Assembly: GCA_013265495.1 (NCBI GenBank)
Contig: MU058475.1
Span: forward strand, 372,001 to 436,000
DNA length: 64,000 nucleotides
Source: Vicugna vicugna
Lineage: Eukaryota
Direction: 5' to 3'
Shown piece by piece: positions 1 through 12,481 of this stretch (position 1 is its first letter; every line of letters starts with the position of its first letter). Made by a program: the position numbers and the translations under genes. The notes below the pieces were generated by a model. It ran no database searches. It was not told where the DNA came from and saw nothing but the letters and a program-made list of their open reading frames with translations.

Positions 1-399
1 CATCTCTTGATTAATGGCTCTGCCAACCCCTGGTTGCCTGAGCTACAAACAATAACATCCTCAACTCCTTCTTGGCTGATGTGAGAAATATATATAGATG
101 GCACCCTCTTTTTTCCACCCCTGGTGCTGCTTCCTGGGTTTAACCGCACACACCCTTCATCTGAACTCTGATCAAGCCACTGGTTTTAGCTCTGAATTAG
201 TGCTGCTTTCCAAGGTAATCACATTGTGGTCAGGAACTGTGGTTTGGACGATGATTCGCTGAAGTTGGTTCATGATGTTTTAAGGTCTAGCATGTGATCA
301 GTTTTTATGAAGGTACCATCCATACAGGAGAGCATGGACATTCTTGAGTTGTTGGGTTCTCTGTTCCCTAGTCTTCAACAGGTCAAGCTAGTTTACATA

Positions 400-665
400 C
401 TCCAAATCTTTACTGATTTTCTGTCTACTGAGAGAGGTATGTTAAAATGTCCCACTATGATGGTGTATTTGTCAACTTCTCTTTGTAGTTATGTCAATTT
501 TTACTCTGTATATTTTGAAGTTATGTTTGGAAGGGCATACAAGTCTGCAACGATCAAATCTTCTAAGAAATGTACCTTCTATTTCTCTATCTTTGATAAT
601 ACCTTTTTCCTTGAAGTCTGTTGTAATGTCATTATGGCAGCTTTCCTTTGGTTAATATATACCTG
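400..665 (-). mobile_element. Old L1 (L1M-type) ORF2 endonuclease-region fragment
   Basis: ctgtctactgagagaggtatgttaaaatgtcccactatg...tattttgaag resembles antisense L1M ORF2 5' sequence. Confidence 0.65.
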
Positions 666-714
666 CTGGATCTTTCTCTCTCCTTTCCCCTTCCCCTTTC
701 TGGGGCCTTCTGTA

Positions 715-948
715 AGTGGTGGTATAATAGAGCGATTTAAAAGTATGGACTCCAGGTGGAGTTTGCCTGGTTTTTAAATCATGACTGTGCCACTCCGGTT
801 ATGTGACCTTGGGCAAGTTATTTAACTTCTTTATGACTGAATTTTCTTATCAAAAGAGTGCCTGTCCCTCCGGGATGCTGGGAGGAGTAAAAGAACTAAC
901 ATAAACAGTGCTTGGCATATAGTGAGCACATGTAAGTGTTCACTATAA
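715..948 (+). mobile_element. MIR SINE
   Basis: tgtgaccttgggcaagttatttaacttct core and cagtgcttggcatatagtgagcac 3' part. Confidence 0.85.
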
Positions 949-1530
949 TGATTAGATATAGTTCTTACAGACAGGGTATTGCTGGATTTTTTTTCAAACT
1001 TACTCTGAAAATCTTTGTCAATTTGTTTAAGAGTTTGGCACATTTACATTTGTCTTGATTATGACGTGTTTTTATCCATTTACATTATCTTATTTTATGC
1101 CACTTGTCCTATCTTTTCTGTCTGCCCACCCTCTTCCATCCTTTCTTGCCTTCTGTAAGATCAGTTGCATTTTTACTCTTCATTTCACTTTTCCCCCCTA
1201 ACAGTTTGGACATTATGCACTTTAGTTCTGTTTTTTCAGTAGTTACCATAGATATTTTGGTATCTATATTGAACTTAACAGACTCCTCTAGAACACTAAA
1301 AGGAAACTGTAAAATGTATAAAACACTGATGTCAGTCACACCGCTCCTGGATTGCCCATGCTTCTGGTTCCAGTTTGAGGGTTTTTTTTTAACCCCACAG
1401 ATTAAGGCGCAAAGTAGGGAGTGCCAGGTCTTAAACAGGGCTTGTCTTGGAGGTGTGAGAGGCTCTCTCGAGTCCTGTCGGCAACCCTTTCGCTTAGCCC
1501 AGGAGTGGAAGCCACGTCACTGAAGTGCTC

Positions 1531-1760
1531 TTTTTTTTTTTTTTTATTGAGGTCTAGTCAGTTTATAATGTTGTGTCAATTTCTGGTGTACAGCACAGTG
1601 CTCCAGTCATACATGAACATACATATATTCGTTCTCATATTCTTGTTCACCGTAAACTGCTACAAGATATTGAATATAGTTCCCTGTGCTCTGCAGTATA
1701 AACTTGTTTATCTGTTTTATATATACCTTTCAGTAGGGAATAAATTGGGAGTTTGAGATT
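1531..1760 (-). mobile_element. Young L1 3' tail with a short 5' inversion
   Basis: Poly-T start; L1 3'UTR antisense; TSD tgaagtgctctt (1521-1532) / tgaagcgctctt (1761-1772). Confidence 0.9.
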
Positions 1761-3425
1761 TGAAGCGCTCTTGATGTAATGAGATCAGGTATGTGGAAGC
1801 CCTTGCAAACTGTTAAGTGCTACATCAACAGGGAGTGCCCGCACTGGTTGATTTTTATGTAGAAGATGAGGCATCTGTGCTGCTAATCTTCATAACCTAC
1901 AAAAGATTCCTTCCTCCTCCCAGCATCTACTTATGTTTCCTCTGCTTGCATTTGCATGCAAATCAGCCTTTTCCTCTTCAAAGGAGTCCACTGAACCAGA
2001 GGCATTAAGTACAGTTAAGTAGACATGCATTAAAATTGTGTTGGCAGGATAAGGAAAGAGCAGGGCACCTGGTTGGATGCACTGCCCCACAAAGGATGCA
2101 GGACCACTTGTATGGCTGGAGAGGGACCGTGCTGCGGTACAGCTTCCAGGAAGCTTAAAGATCCATCCAGTGAAAACTGGCTTCCTTGGCCTGAGGCTTT
2201 GGCTTGTCTCAGATATTCAGTGAAAATCAGTGTTTTGCATCTTTGATCAGAAGATGTGAACAAATGGGCCGATTTGGCCTTCTCACGCAGCCACCACCAG
2301 GTTCCTGTAAATGACTGTGGCCAGGTGTCACCGCAGCAGGGCTGAGCCATTAATCATGGCAAATGAAGCTGCAGGTAATTAAGTCTTCAATGTTGAGGCG
2401 TTCAAGTGAAATTGCATCGAAAGTATCTCATAAAGCTGGGTATTCTGCAGAATTACTGGCCAAAGGAGACTGTGCGCAGTCTTTCCCTAACTTTTGGCTC
2501 ACATCTGGTCCTCGTAGGCCGGTTGCTGAGAGTGTTAAGTTTCCACATGAGCTTGAACTTGTGTGGTCTTCACGGGTGTGGACTTCTGATTGAGCAAGCT
2601 GGGTCACGTGCCCTGATCTAGCCGTGCCTCTTGGTTATAATGGGAGTCAGGGATCCTCAGGAAATGGGAGCAGTAGGGCTCAGCAGAGGGACCGGAGGCA
2701 GTGGCCAGGGGCCTGGAGGAGTGTCTGGCCGGCACAGGTGCCCTTGCCCAGAGCAGTGGGACAGAGGAGGGCTGGGTGTGAGAGGGCGAAGCCGGCCCAT
2801 CAGCAGTGGTCCAGGAGTGCCCTGCGGGTGGGTGGCGTGTGACAGTGAAATCTCTCCCTCCAGACTGTCTACAGCTATAGTGACCCCGTGGAGCCCATAC
2901 AAGTGAACAAGATTGTCCCTGTGGGGCATGGGACCAAAATGTCCCAAGGGAGTGCCCAGTGGCAAAGTTGGAAGATGAGTCAACGGGCAAGGTCAGCAGG
3001 GGGAAGCGTCTGGGCTTAGCAGCAAGGGCAGAGCAGAAGCAACAGAACAGGAGTGGGAGAACCCAGGGGGCTGGGACAAAGGTCAGGGCCGTGGAGAGAT
3101 TCCTTGTGGTCTGGAGCGAAGCCCTGGGACAGAAGCTTCCACGAGGGCCTGCAGCCTGGGCCCTTCATGGAGAAGAAGCCATTAGGGACGGGGAGCTGTT
3201 CTTGACCCTTCCAGGGGGCACAGAGCATGAGTCACCGCAGAGTGAGTCCAGACCTTAGGATTCCCAGAAAGCCTCATGCGCGTGCCCGGGGACCTGGGAC
3301 GTGGGAGGGCCCAGAGCAGCGCGGGGCACCAGCCCCAGCCCTGGCCGTGAATGGTGATTGGAGTGAGAGCAGGAAGTTGGGCTTCCAGACAGAGCAACTG
3401 GAAATCCAGGAAGGAGGTCAAGGAG

Positions 3426-3765
3426 TGTTACGGACTGCATGTATCTGTCCCCCCAAATCCACATGTTGAAGCCCAATCCCCAGCGTGTTGGTATTAAGAG
3501 GCAGGTCTCTGGGAGGTGATTAGGTCATGAGGGCGGAGCCCCGGTGATGGGACTAGTGTCCTTATAAGAAGACTTGAGAGACCTTCCCTCTCTCTCTGAC
3601 ACATGAGAGTAGAGGGAGAAGGTGGCCGTTTACACAGCAGGAAGCGAGCCCTCACCAGACCCTGGATCTTGGACTCCCAGCCCCCAGAGCTCTGAGAAAT
3701 AGATGTTTGCTGTTTAAGGCCCCCGGCTGTGGTGTTGACCATGGCAGCCCGAGCTGACCAGAACA
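3426..3765 (+). mobile_element. MLT1A-like MaLR solo LTR
   Basis: TG...CA ends; cccccaaatccacatgttgaagccc, gtgtccttataagaag, gatcttggactcccagcc, atggcagcccgagctgac. Confidence 0.9.
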
Positions 3766-3969
3766 TGGGGTGGGGGGCGGGCGAAGCCCAGCATCCCAGA
3801 CAAGGGGAGCCCAGGCAACGCTGCCAGCCGGGCCCCTTCCCCACATCTGGGTCCTCTCAACACCCACCCGTGGGATCCTAAAGCCAGGTCCAGGTTGTCC
3901 CACGTGGTCCGCACATCCCCCCAAGGTTGCCTTCGCATTCTGACTCTAACTCATAGCATTGCTGGCTCT

Positions 3970-4200
3970 GAGCCTGGATTACCTGCAACAGCCCCCCCCC
4001 GCCCCGTGTCCCATGTCCCCTCTTGACTCTTGGGTCCATTTTTCAGACCAAGGAGTCACTTGCTAATCAGCAGACGTAACCGCAACCTTCCTCTGCTTAA
4101 AACCCTCTGTCACTTGGAAAATCCCAAACGCTGTCCGGAGGCAGGCACAGCCCAGCCCCTGCTTTCCCACCAGCCTGCCTTCGCCAGGCTGGCCTCTCCG
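3970..4200 (+). mobile_element. L2 LINE fragment
   Basis: cctggattacctgcaacagcc ... cctctgcttaaaaccctc match L2 motifs. Confidence 0.6.
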
Positions 4201-4257
4201 CTCCGGTGCGGCGCCGGCATCACGGTCCAGGAGATGCCTCCTTCTTATCTTGGCACA

Positions 4258-4287
4258 GACGTCCCACAGGGTGACGTCCCACAGGGT
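4258..4287. repeat. Perfect 15-bp tandem duplication
   Basis: gacgtcccacagggt occurs twice in tandem. Confidence 0.95.
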
Positions 4288-4489
4288 GGCCTCACTGGCC
4301 CCTGAAGTGGCCCCGTATCTCAAGGCCCCGCTCTCCTCCGAGTGGCCCTTCTGATGGTGGGCACCCACCCACATGCCAGGCGTCTCCCCGCTGCCCACAG
4401 GAGCACGTCAGCCCGGCAAAGGCAGGCCGCGCCCGCCGCTCAGCACCGCGCCAGGCCGGCCCCTGCGCTGACGGGGGGAGCGCTCTCTG

Positions 4490-4890
4490 CGCCCACCAGC
4501 GAGCAGATGAGGACGGGCGAACAGTGGGATATTACCCAGGAGTGAAAGGGAGCACATTTCTGACACACTCAGCAATGCAGGGGAATCTCAGGATGCCCGG
4601 CCCGAGGGAGAGAAGCCGGACACAAGAGGATGCGCGGGATTATTCTGCTTATAGAAAATTCTAGAAAATTCAAACGAAACACTAAAGACAGAGGCAGATA
4701 AGCCGTTGCCTGGGGTACGGGGCGCAGAGCGGGTGGACCGTGCCGGGCAGGACGGAACGTTTTGAAGTGATGCAATGAGATCTGTGTCTTTGCAGACGGT
4801 GATGTTAAACTCACTGAGTTAGAAACCTTAAGCGAATCACCTTACTGTACACCGATTACATCTGAAAAAAGCTGATTAATTTTTTTAAAT
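4490..4890 (+). mobile_element. Old L1 (L1MD/ME-like) 3' end, GC/CpG-shifted
   Basis: agaagccggacacaagagg, aaattctagaaaattcaaac, gttgcctgggg, aaactcactgag, aaagctgatt in L1 3'UTR order. Confidence 0.7.
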
Positions 4891-6349
4891 TTAAAAATGT
4901 TGTCAAGTGTCTAATGAAGGCCAATGGACACTCACTGCCTCTCTCCTATCTGGACCCAGAATTACACCCGGAGCAACTCCACTGGTCCAATAGTGACCAC
5001 CCGATCCTGAACCCCGACTTTGTGCCGTGTGCTGTGCTTGGCACGTCGCGTGATTTCAGTCATTCCGGACAACGGCCATGTGAGGAGGTGACGGAGGCAG
5101 TGCTCCTGCAGCCCCGCCCACCCTCTGCCCTGGCATCCCTCCTTATGCGTCACGCCCAGACTTGCAGCCAGAGGCCCTGGGGACAAGTGGATCCAGGCAG
5201 GGCTGCCTAGATGTTCCTCCTTGAGAATTTGCTGAGAGATGTAGGGCCCGGGTGTGCGCCCCAGGGCGGCCTGGCAAAGCCAGGCCTCTGCAGGGCACTG
5301 AGAGAGGTGTGGGTGGACAGGGGCGCCTGAGGAGGGGGCAGCTGCCCCAGCGAGAATGGTCCTGGAGTCTGTAAAAGCTGGTAAAGCGCGGCCATGGCAA
5401 GTGTGTGTTCCTTCGTGTGTCCTCGCTTCATAGGTTGCTCTCTGACCCAGTTTCAACAGAAAAATAAATGTAAAGTGGCCGGCATCCCACAGTCACCCAT
5501 TAAAGACCAGTGTAGGGAAAGTGAGAAAGACAGAAACCAAGAGCCAGGCAGCTGAGATTCGGAGGCAGAGAACAAAAATGATTCTCCAAGACGCCTGGCC
5601 TAGCAAGAATGGATGTAATTTAGTAGTAAAAGCGGTGTTTATCTTGATGGGAAAGCACAAACGGTTCTAATTGTCCGATTAAAGGACTGCCCCTTTTGTT
5701 CAAAGAAAGAAACATCTCCCTGCCATTAATTCTAATGGGGACGTGTTATTAGGGCTCCTTTTAAGTGGCTGAATAGCACAATGGACAGTGTCTTCAAAGT
5801 GGTACCACAGAGGGTTCAGACACTGTCATATGTCCACTTAACAGCAAATCTTGATAAAAGGTTAAACTCCACGGGCACCCTTTTCTCAGAAAGACATAAC
5901 CACAGATTAAACGGTAAATACACAGAAATACTCTGTGCCGAGCGCGTGCTCCGCTGCCCGCTCCCGCACGGAGGCCCCACTGGGCTTCTGCTGGGGTTCT
6001 CTCCCAAAGCGGGTTTTTCTCAGGAGGCAATGCCAGCTCCTGTCTCCGGAGGCTGACTCCAGCGAGAGCAACTGGATCCGTCCCCGGGCGGGGGTCCGGG
6101 AGTCCTCCTCACTCAGCCTGGCCAAGCCCTGGCTGCCTGGGCACACCCGTGCTGGCCTGGAGAGGGCACTTTCATTGGGCTGGTGAGCTCCGAGCCCAGG
6201 AAGCAGATCGCAGCTGTCAATCATGGTGACTCCCTGGCACAGAGGCTCTTCCCACTCAGAGGTGAGCCTGGTTGGCCTGTGGTCCCCAGACTTACCTGTT
6301 GTCCTCTCACTGCAATTGTCAGTGATTATTACCTGAAGGGACGGTGATA

Positions 6350-6452
6350 CAAATACAGTGTGGGGACTCCTAGGGGTTCTGATTTAATTGGCCTGAGGAG
6401 GAGACCCAGTACCAAGAAATTTCAACGTGCAGCCTGGGTTGAGAACCACGCC
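6350..6452. mobile_element. MER5B-like hAT-Charlie fossil
   Basis: ttctgatttaattggcctg ... gtgcagcctgggttgagaaccac. Confidence 0.75.
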
Positions 6453-6654
6453 AAAGATGAAGGCATCATCGCCCCCTCCACCCCACCGCCATGAGGCTGA
6501 CTGTCTTGAACATGACACGTGCCAGAGTAGGGCAGGGGGAGGAAGTGTTGTACAGTTAGAATCAAGTTCTTCTTCTTCTAGAAAAGGGACCAGGTGTGTT
6601 GTGATCACAAGTCGTTTTCTTCTTTAAAAGGAAAAAGAACATTTGTCTGTGTAC

Positions 6655-7085
6655 ATCATTCATCTAGCCACCCACCCACCGACCCACTCATCCACCTGTC
6701 CAAGTATTCACCCATCTATCCATCCACTCACTCACCCACCCACCCTTGTTTCTATCTACCCATTCACCTACCCACCCACTCATCCATCCACCCACTCACC
6801 CATCCACCTACCTATCTATCCACCCAACCACTCATCTATCCATCCACCCAATCACCCATCCACCTACTTACCTATCCATCTACCTACCCATGTATCCACT
6901 CACCCACCCTTCCACCTACGTATCCATCCACCCATCCATCCATCCATCCATCCATCCATCCACCCATTCATCTACTCACTCATTTATCCACCCCCCACCC
7001 CCCATCCACCTACCTATCTATCCACCCATCCATCTACCCATCACCCATTCATCCAACCATCTACCTACCCATCTCATCCATATAC
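6655..7085. repeat. Degenerate (CCAT/CCAC/CTAC)n tetranucleotide tract
   Basis: Continuous 4-bp periodicity over ~430 bp. Confidence 0.95.
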
Positions 7086-8699
7086 ACTATGTATCCAAAG
7101 CTGTGCTGGGGGTGGAGGAAGATGACTGGGCAGAACCTGGGGCAGGGGGTCTAGAGGTCTTGTGTTTCTCCTGGTTCTGCACCTTCTAGCCAGTTGGCTT
7201 TAGCCAAGTCCCTTAATAAAGCTCTCTGATTAATGAGAGCATCATACTTAAAATCTCCAAGAACCCTTAGTTCTTTAGTTTCTGGATTTGGTAAGCCATG
7301 GGCTCTGCCAGCAAAAATTTACAATGTGGCTGAAGATACAAGACACATTAAATACATTGAAAAATAGGATGTTGAGAGCCGCAGGCACCTCACTTAAGAC
7401 AGAGATTCAGGGCAGAGACCCTGCTGGCACGGTAACTGCTTTCCTCCAAACTCTAGGGGTGCTTTCATGCATGAAGGTGCTTGGCCCTGCAGAGCTGGCA
7501 CAGCGAACGCAGGATTCGAGTTGATTTTGCAGGGATGGCCATAAGCTTGTGCTGTTAACAAGAAGTGTCCAGAATCTGAAGTCTAAGAAGCCTGTGTGGG
7601 CTTCCAGGGTCACCTGGAAGCTTCATTTCACAAGTTGACCTACATTTCTAGGAGGATGCGCCATTGTTTGCCTTTGCCATTTACTATTAATTAAAGGCTC
7701 AGATTCTGTGAAGCTTTGTATTACATTGTAGATACTTGTCCAATAGAGGTGAGATGATTCTCGTCCAGTGAAAAGAGAACCGCCGATTTATGGCCCTGTA
7801 GGACTTTACCCAGATTTGTCTCAAACATTAAAAAATCTATTTTAGTGAGCCTCTCCCACTGGACTCTATAAATTCTAGTGCTTTGCATGCCACTGAAACT
7901 AGCATCACCGCCTTCCTGGCTCTCTCCTTAATTGATGCACTTAATAAAATCTTGGGCATGTGTTCGTTCTGCTTTGTTTGAGAGCCATGTTTTTACGTCC
8001 TTCAAACTTTCTCTGGGAAAGCCCTGACCTGCCCCTTCTTCTCCCCACCAGTGCCCTCCCGAGGTGTGTGTGCAGGAGAGGGTCCCCGCGGAGGGCAGGC
8101 GAGGGGCCCTGGCCCCCCTGGGCTGAGCCCACAGTGGACTTGGCCACCACAGGCCACACAGCTGAGCCTCCAGCATCTGCCCGGGACCTCATGCAGGAAA
8201 CCTGGAGGGGAGGTGACTCAGACTCAGCACAGCCGGTCTCTCTCAGAAGTGTGGCTTGGCACTGACAATCAAGCAGGGACCAGGACTGGGGGGACCCGGC
8301 TGTCTGGGACAAGCTGGGCCACTCCTTTGTTCTCCACCTTGAGCAGCCCCACCCTGCAGACTCTGGGGGTCTGTCACCAGGAGTCTGGCACCCACATTTG
8401 CACTCATCCTGGCTCCCAGGCAGTTGGAAGACACCCCTGGAAAGGGGCCAGGGTGGGCATTTGAGTTTGTTGAGCTTAGTTATTAACGGAGTCTCACCTA
8501 GGACAACACCATGACTGCACCCCCGCCCCCACCAACTGACTTAATACATTGATTTTGCCGCAAGGTAACAAAAGCTATAGGAGATTTGTTATGTGAAAAT
8601 ATCTAGGAAATAAATACATCCTTCTTGCAGCAAAAAAAAAAAAAAAATTGCTATAGGCGAGATGGTGGGTGGCAGGGGGCAAGAGGCTTTACCGGGATC

Positions 8700-9235
8700 A
8701 GGTCACTTGTCCCAGTAAATCTACTCCCAAGAAGTTACGCTAAGGAGACTCCCAGGGACAAGGACAAAGCACTTTGTGGAAAGATAGCCATTGGCGTGTT
8801 AATTATGACCAAAACAGTGGGCCAAGCCTGAAAGGTCAACAATAGGGAAATAGCTAAGCAAAGAATGTAGAGCCGTAAAGTGGGGTGACACGTAGCCATT
8901 AACATTTAAACAATAATTTTAAGGAAAAGGGAAATAGTCCCATAAAAAAGACCCATCAGAAAAATCCATCACCTGTCTGTCTGTTTCTCTGTCTCTCTCT
9001 CTGTCTCTAATCTGTGATGATCCCAGTCTCCTAGAGAGAGTTTAAATGTGCATGAAAAACTGTACACCAGAAACTGACACAACATTGTAAACTGACTATA
9101 TTTCAATTTAAAAAAAAAAAAAGAATGGAAAAGAGCTGCTGAGAAGTTGTAAGCAGAAGGTAAGAATGCAGGTGATCTCTGCTTTCTCGTCTACTTTTTT
9201 CTGTCTCTAATGTGAGCACATATTCAATTTACAAC
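8700..9235 (+). mobile_element. Old L1ME-like 3' fragment carrying a tiny young L1 tail (9060-9122)
   Basis: ccagtaaatctactcc, caacaatagggaaatagctaa; ctgtacaccagaaactgacacaacattgtaaactgactata followed by poly-A. Confidence 0.65.
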
Positions 9236-10939
9236 AAAAACAAACGCCCAAGGTGAAAGGATTTGGTTTTAAAGTCTTGCGTCTCAAAAGCTTACTTGGT
9301 TTTGAACTTCCACCTGCCACAGACTCTCCCTCAGGATCGGGTGGCCGTTTGGGCTGCGCTGCTGGCAGACGCAGGACTAGCCCGCAGAAGTTTTACAACT
9401 CCAGCCCGGCTGTGTCCAGCCACCCCAGCTCTTTGCCTTCATCTGGCTGCACTAGCCCCCCATGGTGAATTCAATCCTCAGACTCTAGCCGCTGCCAGTG
9501 GCAAACAGTGATGTCACACATCCACGGATGCTCAAGTTTCAGATGGATAATAAGACCCAAGGCTCCCCCTTTAAGCTCCCTGCCATCCCCAGTGACCCCA
9601 GGCAGTGGTCCTTTCCTGAGCGCTTTGTGAGTCTCCGCTGCGTCTCTGCCTACAAGGAGGCACGCTCCTGCTTCCAGATCTTTCCTCTGGCACATCTGGG
9701 GTCTTCTGCTCTCGCCTGGGCTGCATGCCCTTCACCACTGGAGCCCAACGCAGAAATCTGCAGAGAAAGAGCCCTGACAATTATATTACATGAACGAACA
9801 AAACAGCTCGCTTGACTTCTGTGTCTGCTGTTTCTAGGTTTAGGTCAATGGCTCCTTTACAGTTTTCTCCCAGAACAAAAGTTGAAGCCTTCTTCAGTCA
9901 CATTGCTTTCTAGAACAAAGGGACAGTCGGCATCTAAAACCCATTCAAGCCTCTGCAACAAAGGAGCCAAAGTCAAAAAGAAGGTCATAATGTTAGGTAC
10001 CCTTTAAGCAAGGTGGGGTTTGCCTCTGGCTGTCTGCTCTTGACCTCACCCTTCTGCTGGTACCTCCCTGTAAGCTTCACCAGGACACTCAGGGATGAGT
10101 GAAGCTCAGGGGTGGCCATACCTCGCAGCATCCCAGTACCGCTCTCCCCAGAGAGCTTCCCATCCTTCCCAGCCTCCGAGTACCAGGGGACAGCCCTTCT
10201 GAGCCCAGCAAGAGCCACGAAGCTCCAAAGGGACACTGACGCCCTCGCCCCTCTCATCTCTGACTGCACTCCTGGAAATCGGAGACTGAGACAGGTCCTT
10301 CATGATCCCAGGGGGCAGAGTGAGGAGGGGGCTTGAATAGGAAGGAGGGAGAGCCCCCAGGGATGCGCCGCCCAGAGGCCGAGGCTCTGTGCTCACGCTG
10401 TGACCCCGTGAGACCACCTCTCCATCTGACCACCCTGTGCTTGTGCGTGTTGAGGGGGTTCCCTGGACCATTCCTCTCCTCAGCCCAGAGCAGCCCTGGC
10501 TGGGCTGCTCAGATGGACCTTGCTGGCCTGAGGCCAGGTGGCTGGAGGAAGGAGTGGGGCCCAGAAGATTCAAAGCAGAGCACAGAGCCGTTGGGCACAG
10601 CCTGCCTGCCCAGGTGCCGCCTCCAGCTGTAGGATCTTTCTTTTCCAGGATGCGCACGTCCTGCAGAGAAGACATCCTCCTACCCGCAGGGGCAAATCTC
10701 ACCCAGTCTCCAACAGCCTGGGCACATCCTCCATCCTCCAAAGCCAGGCTGTGTGGCCTTAGATAACGCCATGTGTGGGGCATTAGGGGCAATCCGGGGT
10801 GACGTCTGCTCAGCCGGTGTCACTGCAGGTTTCTGATTTATGTGCACAGCCGTTCATAAAAGGGCAAATTCATCTGCCCCTAACACACAGCTTTATTCCT
10901 TTTCACCCAGAGCAGCAAAGGCTGAAATCGTCATTTGTT

Positions 10940-11210
10940 TCACCCTAGACTGTTTGCTGTGCAGGTTGTTTCTGAATTTGCCATTTAAAATAATGCTGTG
11001 ATGAACACCCTGGTACACTTTTCATATCAATCTTTACCTCACTGGTTATTTTCCAGGCTATAGTCCTGGAAATAGAATTGTCAACTTTATCTCTAGAAAA
11101 TTATACCAACTTATGTTCCCTCCACAGCGTACAGGAGTGCCAATTTAACCACATCCTTGTCCACTTGAAATATCGGTTAAACGTTGTCAATCAGATTTTT
11201 TGTTTTTAAT
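10940..11210 (-). mobile_element. Old L1ME-like fragment
   Basis: aataatgctgtgatgaacacc, tataccaacttatgttccctcc, ccacatccttgtcca. Confidence 0.7.
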
Positions 11211-12481
11211 TTGGGGAACTTGATTTCTGCCCTGAATGCTTCTAGGATGATTTATCTTTGAAGTTTGAAAATTCTGCCAGAATCTCTTTGTATTAAATTT
11301 GGCTAGAAGATGGGTGGGGAAGTGGGGGGGAGGCAGCAAAAGCTGTGGAGAGCACGCCCCGCCCCCACCACCCTTTTCACATCTGCTGCACCAGACCCGC
11401 CTCTCAGCTTCTCAGTCTGAAACGTCTTCTTCCAGTTAAAGGTTTTCCAGGATGAAGGCACCGTCAACTCCCGGATGGTCCTATCTCTTGGCTGCAGCTT
11501 TGAGGAGCCTCTGCCAGCCCCGCCGCCATTTGGGCTCGGCTTCAGCCTGAACCTCCTGTTCTGGGTGCAGGACACTTTCTCCCGGGTTTCGGGAAGGAAC
11601 ACAGCTACGAGATGAAGCTTTCTCTTAATCTCAGTGTCCATACTTGTGTGATTAGATCTGAGGCTCCCACTGCGCCATCACTGGCCCCAGTGACCCTTGG
11701 TGCTTTGTGCTGCAGACGGTGATTTTTGAGTCCAGTTCATCCTACCCTGGGGGGTGACGGGGAGGGGGGGGAGAGTGGGCCGGATACCAAGTGTAAGGAA
11801 TCCGTGAAGCTCCTGGAGATGAATGGGACCAGGAGAGGAATGGTCCCTCCTCTGCCGCCCCCTCCGGGGTGAGGCGCCCCCCCAGAGGCATCCTCCGGAG
11901 ACAGGTGGGTGGGGTGACCCTCTGGATAATGATCCCGCCAGGCGCACAGCGGATGCCCGAGCCGGTTCGTGGGGCTGAGATTGAAAAGGTGAACCAAACC
12001 TTTCCAGCAGCTGCACTGTGCTACTGGCAGGGACCCGCTCAGCTCCAGGGATGCTGGAATAAAAGAGGTGGTTTCTCCTTCTTTCCAAATGTCAAACAGT
12101 AATCCCCGATACTGACTGAGTACTCATGGCGCTGGCACTGTTCTGAGACCGCCGGGTATCTGCGCAGGTAAGCCTTCCACTCAGGCGTGTGCCATCATCA
12201 CCTCCAGCTGCAGGTGAGAGACCTGAGCCCTGACAGGCAAGGGGACTTGGCCGCTGGTACCAGCTGAGAAGGGGCAGAGCTGGGCTTGGAAGCCACGCAG
12301 CCTGGCCGGAGTCCCTTCCCCTCCCACCACCACAAAAGCATTCTGACTGCCAGTCTTTTTGGCCAAAGCAGGACAGCCTTTCCTGGCTGAGGGAAGCAGG
12401 CAAGGCGGCCACTGGGACCACGAGAAGGAGACAGAGAATGATGCCAAGCACCTTTAGGGCAGGGGCTGCGTCTCATTACTC

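Noticed and set aside
6594..7189. Three overlapping long His/Pro/Ser-rich ORFs
   Set aside because: Artefact of the CCAT/CCAC tetranucleotide tract, which lacks stop codons on this strand.
10106..10792. 228-aa ORF (similarly 30200-30853)
   Set aside because: No recognisable homology, composition typical of GC-rich non-coding DNA, and no convincing exon structure.
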